Assembly: GCA_049517435.1 (NCBI GenBank)
Contig: JBEKRZ010000003.1
Coordinates: forward strand, 82,865-146,864
Length of the DNA: 64,000 nt
From: Smithella sp.
Lineage (GTDB): Bacteria; Desulfobacterota; Syntrophia; Syntrophales; Smithellaceae
Direction of reading: 5' to 3'
The notes beneath the pieces are model-generated. The model was not told where the DNA came from. It worked only from the letters and a program-made list of their open reading frames with translations, and searched no databases. This document shows positions 49,892 to 58,717 of the stretch, one piece after another; within the stretch, counting starts at the first letter, position 1, and every line of letters begins with the position of its first letter. The position numbers and the translations under genes are program-made.

Positions 49892-51454
49892 ATGAAAAGC
49901 AAGGAATATGATGTAATAATAATAGGAGCCGGCCCCAACGGCCTCATCTGCGGCGCCTATCTGGCGCGGGCCGGACTCAAAGTGGCACTTATGGAGCGGA
50001 GGCATGAAACTGGGGGCGGCCTTGACACACTGGAGCTCGCCGGGTTTAAATACAATCCGCACGCCATCTATCACATGATGGGGGAATACATGCCTCCCTA
50101 CCGCGACTTCAACCTCGGTGAACGCGGGGTGAAGTATATTTATCCTGATGTCCAGGCCGCGTACATCGGGAAGAACCACAAGCCGGTTGTGTTATATCTC
50201 GACCCGAAAAAAACAGCGCAGTATCTTTCAGCGCACTTCAACAAAGAAGACGGCAAGCGGTATGAGCAAATGTATAGCGAGTTCAAGGAACTTTCCGAGA
50301 AAATCGTTATGCCCCTGACATATATGCCGGCTATGCCGGCGATGGAGCAGGTCCCGTCTTTCGCGATTGAGTACGGCGAGTTGGGCGAGAGATTCAATGA
50401 AATATCGGAAATGACACCGCTGGAAATACTGGAAGAACGTTACGGCTTTTCAGATCCGATGAAGGCGGCCCTGTACAATCTCTTTGCCATGTGGGGCCAT
50501 TCAAACTATGACGGACTGGGGTTTCTCTTTCCGCTCATTGTGTACCGCATGCTCAACGCAGCGCTGGTAAGCGGCGGCTCCCACCGGCTTTCATCGGCAT
50601 TGCACAAAGTGGTACTGGAGGCGGGAGGTGATATATGCGATTTGTCCGAGGTCACGAAAGTCCTCCTTACGGGGGGCAAGGTATCGGGTGTACGCCTCGC
50701 CGACGGAACCGAAGTTAAGTCGAAGATTGTTGCGTCCACCGTTGACACGAAGCAGAATTTCCTCGAGTTTTTTGAAGAGAGTCAGCTTCCTGCCGACCTC
50801 GTGCAGAGCGCCCGGCGGTGGGAGTGGGAAAAGGTGTCCTATTTCGGCATGCATCTTTCCCTCCGGTCGGCGCCCCGATATATCGGCACCGAAGGCATTG
50901 ACGACGCGAACAGAGCACTGATGACCCACCTGGGGGTCAGCGATACCGAAGAAGTACTGAAAAATTTCCATGATATGGAAGAGGGAAAGCTTCCCGGCCA
51001 TCCCCACGGCCATACCACGATAGCGTCCCTCTTTGACCCGATACAGGGATACGGAACATGCCATACCGCCCGGTGGGAATCTCTGGCTCCCTTTGACCAG
51101 GACTGGGACTTGATCAAAGACGATTACGCGAAGCAATGTATGGATGTATGGAAACAGTACGCCCCGAACCTTGATCCGCTGGATCCGATGAACACGCTCA
51201 TCTATCCCCCCACCTATATAGAAAAGAAATTCAAAAACATGGTGCGGGGCTCCATTAAGCAAGGATCGTACATGACCCTCCAGATGGGATATAACCGGCC
51301 CAATGACGCATGTTCCCGCGGCTATACTCCAATCGAAGGGTTTTATGTGTGCGGGGCCAGCACATATCCCGGAGGTATGATCATCGGCGGCCCCGGGTAT
51401 CTTGGCGCAAATATTATCGTCGAGGATCTAGGGGTGAAGAAGAACTGGAAGTAA
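49892..51454 (+). CDS. Second phytoene dehydrogenase-like FAD oxidoreductase
   Basis: IIGAGPNGL, ERRHETGGG, TPIEGFYVCGASTYPGG. Confidence 0.82.
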   Translation: MKSKEYDVIIIGAGPNGLICGAYLARAGLKVALMERRHETGGGLDTLELAGFKYNPHAIYHMMGEYMPPYRDFNLGERGVKYIYPDVQAAYIGKNHKPVVLYLDPKKTAQYLSAHFNKEDGKRYEQMYSEFKELSEKIVMPLTYMPAMPAMEQVPSFAIEYGELGERFNEISEMTPLEILEERYGFSDPMKAALYNLFAMWGHSNYDGLGFLFPLIVYRMLNAALVSGGSHRLSSALHKVVLEAGGDICDLSEVTKVLLTGGKVSGVRLADGTEVKSKIVASTVDTKQNFLEFFEESQLPADLVQSARRWEWEKVSYFGMHLSLRSAPRYIGTEGIDDANRALMTHLGVSDTEEVLKNFHDMEEGKLPGHPHGHTTIASLFDPIQGYGTCHTARWESLAPFDQDWDLIKDDYAKQCMDVWKQYAPNLDPLDPMNTLIYPPTYIEKKFKNMVRGSIKQGSYMTLQMGYNRPNDACSRGYTPIEGFYVCGASTYPGGMIIGGPGYLGANIIVEDLGVKKNWK

Positions 51455-51523
51455 CCTGGGCAAAATAAATGAGGTCTGTTCCGGTGTAAGATTATTCATA
51501 ACGTAACTATGCGGAGGTACAAT

Positions 51524-51922
51524 ATGGCAAATCTTTTTTTATCAGATACATGGTTTGATGAAGCTAATAAGATTTCCGAATCAATGGGCGCAATAAAACT
51601 CCCTGAAAAACTGGTAGGATTTATCCTTAATATGAACGTGACAGGAGGCCCTGAAGGTGATAAAAAAATTCATTTTACCGAGGGTAGATTTGTGAAGGGG
51701 CACCATAACGCCGCGACAACTATGCTGACTCTTCCCTATGAACTGTGCTACAAGGCGCTGTTGCAGAATGACACCAAGGAAGCCATGAAGGGATTTCTCA
51801 CAAGGAAGATCAGGGTCAAAGGTGATATGACCAAAATGCTCACTCTGGCAAGCATAAAGTCCGAGGGAGACCTTGAGTCCCTTAGGTTAAAAACGCTGGG
51901 AATGACAGAACCCGTTGATTGA
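51524..51922 (+). CDS. SCP2 sterol/lipid-binding domain protein
   Basis: FLSDTWF start, MKGFLTRKIRVKGDMTKM. Confidence 0.8.
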   Translation: MANLFLSDTWFDEANKISESMGAIKLPEKLVGFILNMNVTGGPEGDKKIHFTEGRFVKGHHNAATTMLTLPYELCYKALLQNDTKEAMKGFLTRKIRVKGDMTKMLTLASIKSEGDLESLRLKTLGMTEPVD

Positions 51923-51979
51923 AGATGTCCGGGAACAGAAATATGGAAAGCATAAAATAGTTAAATCTCTCCAGGGCAT

Positions 51980-52048
51980 GTTCCTCAAAGCTTGCATCGT
52001 TCCTTGCCGTCTGTGATACCCTGTAGCTTGCTGCGGGGTAGTTCATTG
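51980..52048 (-). repeat. Family D palindromic repeat
   Basis: GATACCCTGTAGCTTGCTGCGGGGTAGTTCAT; related to 2852-2874 and 30716-30765. Confidence 0.65.
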
Positions 52049-52107
52049 AAACTGTTGCAAATAGAACACTGCGATTATCTTAGCCATCGTCAAAAGGAGT
52101 CAGGGAG

Positions 52108-53190
52108 ATGAAAACGAGAATCACTGAACTGTTTGGGATACGATATCCCATCATATTGCCCGGAATGAGTTGGATTAGTGTTCCGGACCTTGTAGCGGCA
52201 GTATCGAACGCCGGCGGTCTGGGCGTACTTGCTACAGGCCCACTTTCACCTGAAGAGACAAGGACATCGATACGTGAGATCAGGAAGCAGACGGACAAGC
52301 CCTTTGGCGCGGGAGTTACCCTCATGATGCCGGGTGCCCGTGAAAATGCCGAGATTGTCATTGAAGAAAAGGTTCCTGTGGTTATATTTTCCCTCGGGAA
52401 AGATAAAAAACTTTTCCAGAAAATTCATGACTACGGCGGAAAAATCATATGCACAGTCACTACTGCCAAACACGCCCACGCCGCGGTCAATGTAGGCGCC
52501 GACGCCCTGAGTGTTATCGGATATGAAGCTGCCGGCCACGGGAGCCTCGTCTCCACTTTGGTGATGACGCCTTCCATTGTTGACGAGGTAAAGATCCCGG
52601 TCATAGCCGGCGGCGGTATCGGCGACGGCAGGGGACTGATAGCGGCCCTTGCCCTGGGAGCGGATGCTGTATACATGGGCACTCGTCTATCGATAACGAA
52701 AGAAAGCCCTGTTCATATCATTTCCAAGAACCTAACCATGCAGTACGGAATGGAAGATACCCTTTATTCCGACCGCTTCGACGGGCTGTTCTGCCGTGTG
52801 CTCAAAACGCCGCGGGCGGAAAAGGCTATCCGGCGGGGCATGAGTTTCCCCCGCGCCTTCCTAGCTTCTTTGAAGATTTCGCGAAAACTGAAGATGCCGT
52901 GGATAAAGGTCTTCATCGGTTCACTGCTGCAGGGAGGCCCCGGGCTCCTCATGAAACTTGCCCATTTTGTCATTGCCGTTGAAGCGATAGAAAAGATGAC
53001 CATTGGCGGCGACACCGAAAAGGGGATTCAGCTGACGGGTCAGGTCCAGGGCATAATTCATGATGTTCCCACAGTATCGGAGCTTATCGAAAGAATTGTG
53101 AAGGAAGCCGATGAAATATGCAGGATCATGCCGGAGAAAGTTTTCTTGTCCTCAAGCTCCGGCCTGGGAACATCGCAAGAAAGATTGTAG
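52108..53190 (+). CDS. Nitronate monooxygenase/FabK-like flavin oxidoreductase
   Basis: TELFGIRYPII, AVSNAGGLG, GYEAAGH, PVIAGGGIGDGRG, MGTR. Confidence 0.85.
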   Translation: MKTRITELFGIRYPIILPGMSWISVPDLVAAVSNAGGLGVLATGPLSPEETRTSIREIRKQTDKPFGAGVTLMMPGARENAEIVIEEKVPVVIFSLGKDKKLFQKIHDYGGKIICTVTTAKHAHAAVNVGADALSVIGYEAAGHGSLVSTLVMTPSIVDEVKIPVIAGGGIGDGRGLIAALALGADAVYMGTRLSITKESPVHIISKNLTMQYGMEDTLYSDRFDGLFCRVLKTPRAEKAIRRGMSFPRAFLASLKISRKLKMPWIKVFIGSLLQGGPGLLMKLAHFVIAVEAIEKMTIGGDTEKGIQLTGQVQGIIHDVPTVSELIERIVKEADEICRIMPEKVFLSSSSGLGTSQERL

Positions 53191-53538
53191 TTAAAGCGTC
53201 TATGGAGGGCCATCCAGCTTTTCCGGTTCTGCGATAACCACCACCCGCACGCTCCGATCCATCACGAACGCTTTTATCTTTTGCTCAAGTTCAGGCGGCC
53301 TTTATCCCCTTTCTGCGATACTCCTTCAACTGAATCGATAAGGGGTCCTGATAAATGCTCGACTGCTCAGAACAATGCTCCATATACAAACTGCATTCCA
53401 GACAAAGTTCCTTTTTTAGGTTCGTTCGAAAAGTTCATGCAGGTCTATACTTTTTCATTTGCCCATTAAACGAATATTTCAAAATTCTATGCTGAAACTC
53501 AAAGAGGTTAGAGACGCTAATTTTGTTCTGGTTTAGTT

Positions 53539-54447
53539 TCACTCATTTTTTTGATTAGACATTCTTTCGATGATATCGATATCCAGGGGTAATATTTGCC
53601 TTTCATTATCAAGATAAAGTGTCCTTGCCCCATTCGGGCAATGCTCGACGCACAGTTCGCACCCGACACATTCCTGACGGTTGTAGATAATCTTCCCCTC
53701 TATTATTTCATTTGCCTCAAACTGACATATCTTTACACATTTACCACAGAGTTTGCATTTACTCCTGTCAATCTTTACAGAGTAACCTGAGGAGGCCGTC
53801 TGGCTGAGATTTCTATCAGCCTTTTTAGCCACTTTTGTTCCCTTCAATGACGTGCAGCATATCTTGCAGCAGTTACATATTGCATAATTCTGACTGCGAG
53901 ATGATTTTTTTGCGAAAATCTGCTGGATGTGACCTGTTTCTCTGAGTTTCCGGATATGCTCCAAAGCCTCGTTTCTGGTCATTATCTTCGGATTATATTT
54001 CTGGCAGTGTTCGAGCCAGAAACTGGCAACAGGATCACCTATGGCCATGCACGCATTTAACGGTTTGCATGGTGCATTGCTTGCGATTTTGCACGGGCAG
54101 TCCATCGCGACAATAAGTCCAGGATTCTCAAAGATGATTTTGGTGGCATGGGAGAAAGGGAGTATTCTTTTACTTTCATCACTTGTAAGACTTAAATCGT
54201 GATCAAGAGTAATAATTTTTCTTGAGTCTTTCGGCGTAAGAACTTTTCCGTGGTACCTACTAAATATAAATCCAGCCGTAATTCTTACAATGGGCTTGCA
54301 CCAGGATAAATATCTGTCGACAAATCTTGTAGTGAATATCGCTATATTGACGTATGGAACATAAAAGACAAAATAAATGTATTCATGGATGAAAAGGTCG
54401 ATCCGCCATCCGTGCTTTTTCAGTATTTTGAGAGATGATTTCTTTAT
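53539..54447 (-). CDS. 4Fe-4S dicluster protein
   Basis: CPC, ICNCC..CC, two CxxCxxCxxxC motifs; frame stays open 114 codons upstream of ATG 54105 to an ATA after AGAGGA. Confidence 0.7.
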   Translation of the reverse strand: MKKSSLKILKKHGWRIDLFIHEYIYFVFYVPYVNIAIFTTRFVDRYLSWCKPIVRITAGFIFSRYHGKVLTPKDSRKIITLDHDLSLTSDESKRILPFSHATKIIFENPGLIVAMDCPCKIASNAPCKPLNACMAIGDPVASFWLEHCQKYNPKIMTRNEALEHIRKLRETGHIQQIFAKKSSRSQNYAICNCCKICCTSLKGTKVAKKADRNLSQTASSGYSVKIDRSKCKLCGKCVKICQFEANEIIEGKIIYNRQECVGCELCVEHCPNGARTLYLDNERQILPLDIDIIERMSNQKNE

Positions 54448-54539
54448 AAAGCGTTTCCTCTAATATTGAATATCGGCATTATCAATCAGAGCTTTTGTAG
54501 ATGCTCACTTGTATTCTCCACGCCCTTTATTATAATTTG

Positions 54540-55901
54540 TTATTCTATATTAAATTTTTCATTCAGGATTCTCTCCACACACCGCAAGCCGGAACGTGAG
54601 GCAAAATCCATTCCTACACCCCTGCTGCGTACAGTATCGCCGGCAAAATACAGACCTTCGATTCCCGGCGCCTTGTAATCAGGTCTGAAAATGCCCACGC
54701 AGCGGGGACGTCTGGCTATACCATCTATTCCCGTAAATGTTCCTTTAATGCCCCATTGCACACTTTTCCATATGCCGGGGAAAAGCTCTTCCAGATCTTC
54801 TTTGTGCAATGCTGCCTTCTCTTCCATTAATTCACGGTTCTTTGTGTCAAGTTCACAGGGACACCCCCCAATAAATAGATGGGTACCGGGAGGTGCAATA
54901 GACGGATCGATATTGGTGATCGGAAGGTATTGCATAGGTAGGCCCATGCGCTTAAGCTTGTACACAGCGTGATGGCAGAGACTGTCTGTTGCCGGCCTGT
55001 CCATGGCAAGGATCGCCCAGCCGACAGCCGATGTCGTATTTCCGGTAAATCCCTTGACCATCTTCACAAAAAAATCAGGAAATTTCTCAGCGGAAGCTAT
55101 TTTAAACAGATCCCATATCATCCCTGTATAAATGACAATAGGTGCTTCAATAAGTTCCTGCTCGGAAAGCATAAAATCAGTCATGAAAAATTCAGGGTCT
55201 TTCTTAATATCCAGCATGACGCCCGCTGTTTTCCCGTTATTGATTGCAATCTGGCCTACGCTTGTATTCAGCCTGATATCGCCCCCTTTTGAACGGATAA
55301 AGTCGGCAACCACCTCCCACATCCTGCTATAACCGCCTTCGGGTACTCCGGCAAACTTTCCCGTCTTTAATACGCGCGCAGTGGAAAAGATTACCTCTGA
55401 AGCTGCCATATCGTTGGCGTCGGGAAGTGTCGTGATAACCATTGCCATGCCGCGCATGAAGTCGAGGATATTATCTTTTGATGTGCGCTTTCTCAACCAA
55501 TCCTCGATAGACTGGTCGTCACACTGCACAAGTTCATCTTCGGACATTGCCATCATCTCAGCGGCTATATTACTGAATTCCGGGTCGTTAAGAGGTGCGA
55601 GATCCATCATGTCCTTCCATGCTCCATCAGTAAACACCTTGAGACCGGGTATTTGTTTCCAGTTAACATTGATATCCAGTTTTTTTAAAGTTTGCCCCAG
55701 TACGCCGTCGTCAGAGGTAATCATGAGGTGCATACCATAATCAAATGTGATCCCCTTGTACTGAAACCCGCATGCCCTGCCCCCCAGACGATCCATTTTA
55801 TCGAGCATGAGAACCCGCTTCCCTGAGTTAGAGAGCAGAGCACCGGCAACCATTCCCGCAGGGCCGCACCCGATAATGATGGCATCATATTTTTTTTCCA
55901 T
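54540..55901 (-). CDS. FAD-dependent oxidoreductase (phytoene desaturase-related)
   Basis: IIGCGPAG, LGGRA, FDYGMH, PEGG, GLYFAGD. Confidence 0.82.
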   Translation of the reverse strand: MEKKYDAIIIGCGPAGMVAGALLSNSGKRVLMLDKMDRLGGRACGFQYKGITFDYGMHLMITSDDGVLGQTLKKLDINVNWKQIPGLKVFTDGAWKDMMDLAPLNDPEFSNIAAEMMAMSEDELVQCDDQSIEDWLRKRTSKDNILDFMRGMAMVITTLPDANDMAASEVIFSTARVLKTGKFAGVPEGGYSRMWEVVADFIRSKGGDIRLNTSVGQIAINNGKTAGVMLDIKKDPEFFMTDFMLSEQELIEAPIVIYTGMIWDLFKIASAEKFPDFFVKMVKGFTGNTTSAVGWAILAMDRPATDSLCHHAVYKLKRMGLPMQYLPITNIDPSIAPPGTHLFIGGCPCELDTKNRELMEEKAALHKEDLEELFPGIWKSVQWGIKGTFTGIDGIARRPRCVGIFRPDYKAPGIEGLYFAGDTVRSRGVGMDFASRSGLRCVERILNEKFNIE

Positions 55902-55978
55902 TGTCTCATCCTCCTTCTCTGTTTTTATTGTACGGTAAGCTTTCTCACATCCAGTAGCCGGCCTTACTTAAAATATAA

Positions 55979-55994
55979 ACCTGACAAGTCAGGT
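55979..55994. promoter_or_regulatory. Putative TetR operator
   Basis: Palindrome ACCTGAC-AA-GTCAGGT between divergent genes; related site ACATGAC-GC-GTCGGTT at 47742. Confidence 0.55.
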
Positions 55995-56085
55995 CTAATT
56001 ATGTTATAAACACATGAAATAAAAATATCTTGAAGTCAAGATAAATTTATCATATTGTAAAAAAAATATTTGATTGGAAAGAAGC

Positions 56086-56682
56086 ATGAAGGGTGAGTTA
56101 AGAAAAAACCAGATTCTCGATGGGGCAAAAAAGCTTATCGCCCGAAATGGCTATTACCAAACCCATGTGGAAGATATCCTGCGGGAAGTAAAAATCGGGA
56201 AAGGTACCTTCTACCTGTATTTCAATAACAAGGAAGACTTGTTCATCGCGATTCTCGAAAGATTTCTCGAAGAGTGGGAGAGAACTGTTCTGGTCGCCTT
56301 GACAGACGCGGGTCAAAAAGATCTGCGAACCTACTTTCTTGCTTTGATCACCCGCAGCCTCCAGTTTTTTAAACAAAATGAAAATCTCTGCAATATTTAC
56401 CTGCGCATCGGGCCCGGTATCAGTGATATTTTCGAAACTTACATCGAAAGGTTCGAACAGAAACTGTTGAAATATGTGACTGATGAACTAAAAAAAGGGG
56501 TTGAGGCAGCCCTTTTTCGAAAAGATCTGGATATCGAAGTTATGGCCAACATTCTCGTCGGCGCACATCTGAGAACTGCATACTATTACTTCGTCGTGAA
56601 GAAGGGGAAACGAGGCAATCCAAGTATCGACCGTATAGCAGAAGAGTTCTTCAATCTGATTTTCAAGGGATTGTGTTCCTGA
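56086..56682 (+). CDS. TetR/AcrR family regulator
   Basis: GYYQTHVEDI...IGKGTFYLYFNNKEDL HTH. Confidence 0.92.
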   Translation: MKGELRKNQILDGAKKLIARNGYYQTHVEDILREVKIGKGTFYLYFNNKEDLFIAILERFLEEWERTVLVALTDAGQKDLRTYFLALITRSLQFFKQNENLCNIYLRIGPGISDIFETYIERFEQKLLKYVTDELKKGVEAALFRKDLDIEVMANILVGAHLRTAYYYFVVKKGKRGNPSIDRIAEEFFNLIFKGLCS

Positions 56683-56781
56683 ATTGACTTGAAGAAAATT
56701 TCTTCCCGGCTTCGCGGCGCGTTCACGGGAATCAGGCTGTCCGCGGTATTCCCATTGCCGACCTGACTGTTGCTGTTACTT

Positions 56782-56922
56782 CCCGATGCCCTGATCATCA
56801 CCCACAACCGTTTCCGGGGCATTGAACCCGCGCCCATCGGCCTGGAATACAATTTCATCAAATGGTACGTCCCCAAAGACGAACAGAAATACACCATGAC
56901 CAGATAAGAATTTTCAACTATT
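56782..56922 (+). repeat. Direct repeat of the oppA-like 3' tail (44573-44713)
   Basis: ~140 bp including the stop codon, roughly 90% identical by eye, mostly third-position differences. Confidence 0.9.
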
Positions 56923-57091
56923 ACTCCGGCAATTAAACATTTAAATATTTTGCCAGACAATTTCAAGTAGCTTAGTCTTAGCTTTACGCTATTACTGGAT
57001 TCCGGCCTCCGTAACCTGATAACCTGAAGGTCACGCTAGGTCATCTACGACCGGAATGACGGCGTTTAGATATTTTATTGCCGGAGCAATA
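56919..57091. mobile_element. Family E MITE containing a REP with nested mini-inserts
   Basis: 27-bp TIRs TATTACTCCGGCAATTAAACATTTAAA / TTTAGATATTTTATTGCCGGAGCAATA; REP at 56995-57060. Confidence 0.7.
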
Positions 57092-57133
57092 ATTATAAGG
57101 TATAATGTTAACAAATATGTAAAGAGGTTAATC

Positions 57134-57346
57134 ATGAATAAAGAATATAAAGCGATAATAAAGCAGGAAGGTGATTGGTGGATTGGCTGGATCGAGGAAG
57201 TGCCCGGTGTTAACTGTCAGGAACGAACCCATGATGAATTAATATCAAGCCTTCAGATTACTTTAAAAGAGGCTCTTGAATTTAACCGTCAAGATGCGCT
57301 TGCAGCAGTAGAAGCGGGATATCAGGAAGAAAAAATCGCCATATGA
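57134..57346 (+). CDS. hicB: HicB-like antitoxin
   Basis: YKAIIKQEGDWWIGWIEEVPGVNCQ..T..E. Confidence 0.85.
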   Translation: MNKEYKAIIKQEGDWWIGWIEEVPGVNCQERTHDELISSLQITLKEALEFNRQDALAAVEAGYQEEKIAI

Positions 57347-57531
57347 AACGAAATGACCTGCTGAAGTATTTGCGATCACAAGGATGTGAATTTCTCAGAG
57401 AAGGTGGCAGTCATTCGTGGTGGTGGAATCCGTCTCATAACAAACGCTCATCTGTGCCCCGGCATACGGAAATTAATGATAATCTCGCAAGAAAAATATG
57501 CAAAGACCTTGGCATAAAATCACTTAAGTAA
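57343..57531 (+). CDS. hicA: HicA-like toxin
   Basis: LREGGSHSWW, VPRH, ARKICKDLG; ATGA overlap with hicB. Confidence 0.88.
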   Translation: MKRNDLLKYLRSQGCEFLREGGSHSWWWNPSHNKRSSVPRHTEINDNLARKICKDLGIKSLK

Positions 57532-57532
57532 T

Positions 57533-57589
57533 CCCTAAAAATCAAATTCAGCGTACAGCTTTCAATTGCCGCTGATCAGCATGTTAAGC
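57533..57589 (+). other. attC site (R'' mutated)
   Basis: CCCTAAA-N5-AATTCAGC...GCTGATC-N5-GTTAAGC; L'' and R' identical to the attC at 25608. Confidence 0.7.
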
Positions 57590-57657
57590 CCATAAATAGA
57601 AAGCAAAGATGCAAAAGGATCGCCCTTTGACTGTTGAGAAATAATGGGGGGATTATA

Positions 57658-58227
57658 TCAGGCAAAACTATTCTCTAATGAACAAACATCAACAGAGCCC
57701 TTATCATTTACATTGGTCTTGAATTGTTGAATGCCCAGCGATACTTTCTGAAGATGGACGGGAGAAGTAACGATGCAAGCAGTCATGTTGGCGATTTTTT
57801 CTATGTCTGCGGATAGAAAATCAAAAATGCCGGTAACCATTGCTTCCACGATATTCGAAGTGACGAGACTGGAACGGTCTTCTCCACAAAGTTCAAAAGC
57901 AAAACTACGTAGAGACATTCCATAAACAGCTTCCGCAATGAGGTAAGCGGCATTATAAATCTTATCGTAATTTATATCATAACTATTTCCCAAGCCGAAA
58001 AGAAGCAGCATTTCTGCGCCAATGCGCTGGGGAAAGGGAATAACAATCTTTTCCTTAAATTCTCCGCTGATTCTTCCCTGCTTAATTTCACTGGAAATCA
58101 TGCCGTTGAGACGCCAGTCAATAAGACCGCAAATTCCGCGCGGCGGCTTTTCGTCCGCGAAAATACCCAACGCTAAACATTTATGTTTTGGAAGGTCTGG
58201 ATTTTCTGTCGAGATGGTTAGTTGCAT
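57658..58227 (-). CDS. Peptidase M17 N-terminal-like domain protein
   Basis: FADEKPPRGICGLIDWRLNG, LLFGLG. Confidence 0.65.
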   Translation of the reverse strand: MQLTISTENPDLPKHKCLALGIFADEKPPRGICGLIDWRLNGMISSEIKQGRISGEFKEKIVIPFPQRIGAEMLLLFGLGNSYDINYDKIYNAAYLIAEAVYGMSLRSFAFELCGEDRSSLVTSNIVEAMVTGIFDFLSADIEKIANMTACIVTSPVHLQKVSLGIQQFKTNVNDKGSVDVCSLENSFA

Positions 58228-58637
58228 TTTTTTTTGTTTAATTTCAGATTAAGGGCGTCCAATATGCCGTTAATAAAAGAGCCCGAATTTTCCGAACCAA
58301 AAGTCTTTCCCAGATCAACGGCTTCATTTAAAGTAACTTTCGGCGGAATATCATCACAGTAGAGAAACTCAAATACAGCCAGACGCAAAATATTTATATC
58401 TACTTTGGACATCCGTCCCAGCGACCAGTTATCCGAACAACCGGCAATAAGCTTATCCAGTTCATCCTTGTGTTCGCATGTGCCCTGCACCAGAAATGCC
58501 GCAAATTCTTTAGCCGCTTTTGGAGCAACAAAATTACTCCAAAAAAGATCTAAAGCCTTTTGCACATCAATATTCTCAAAATTAAGACCGTAAAGAACCT
58601 GTAAGGCAATTTCCCGTGCCTTTCTCCGCCCACGCAT
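58218..58637 (-). CDS. nusB: Transcription antitermination factor NusB
   Basis: RRKAREIALQ, WSLGRM..VD..ILR, NEAVDL, FINGILD. Confidence 0.95.
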   Translation of the reverse strand: MRGRRKAREIALQVLYGLNFENIDVQKALDLFWSNFVAPKAAKEFAAFLVQGTCEHKDELDKLIAGCSDNWSLGRMSKVDINILRLAVFEFLYCDDIPPKVTLNEAVDLGKTFGSENSGSFINGILDALNLKLNKKKCN

Positions 58638-58717
58638 CGAATTCTCAAACCTCAAAGAGCTGTCACTAGACTGTCATATTATTTTTACTCTTGCCATAAC
58701 TATATGGCAGTTAAAAA

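Noticed and set aside
53200-53469. 62-aa ORF / possible crotonase remnant (…DRSVRVVVI… on the minus strand)
   Set aside because: Too short and decayed to support a call; probably pseudogene debris.
57086-57116. dif-like XerCD site (ATAAGGTATAATGTTAA)
   Set aside because: Spacing and the XerC arm do not fit; better explained as the hicBA -10 region.
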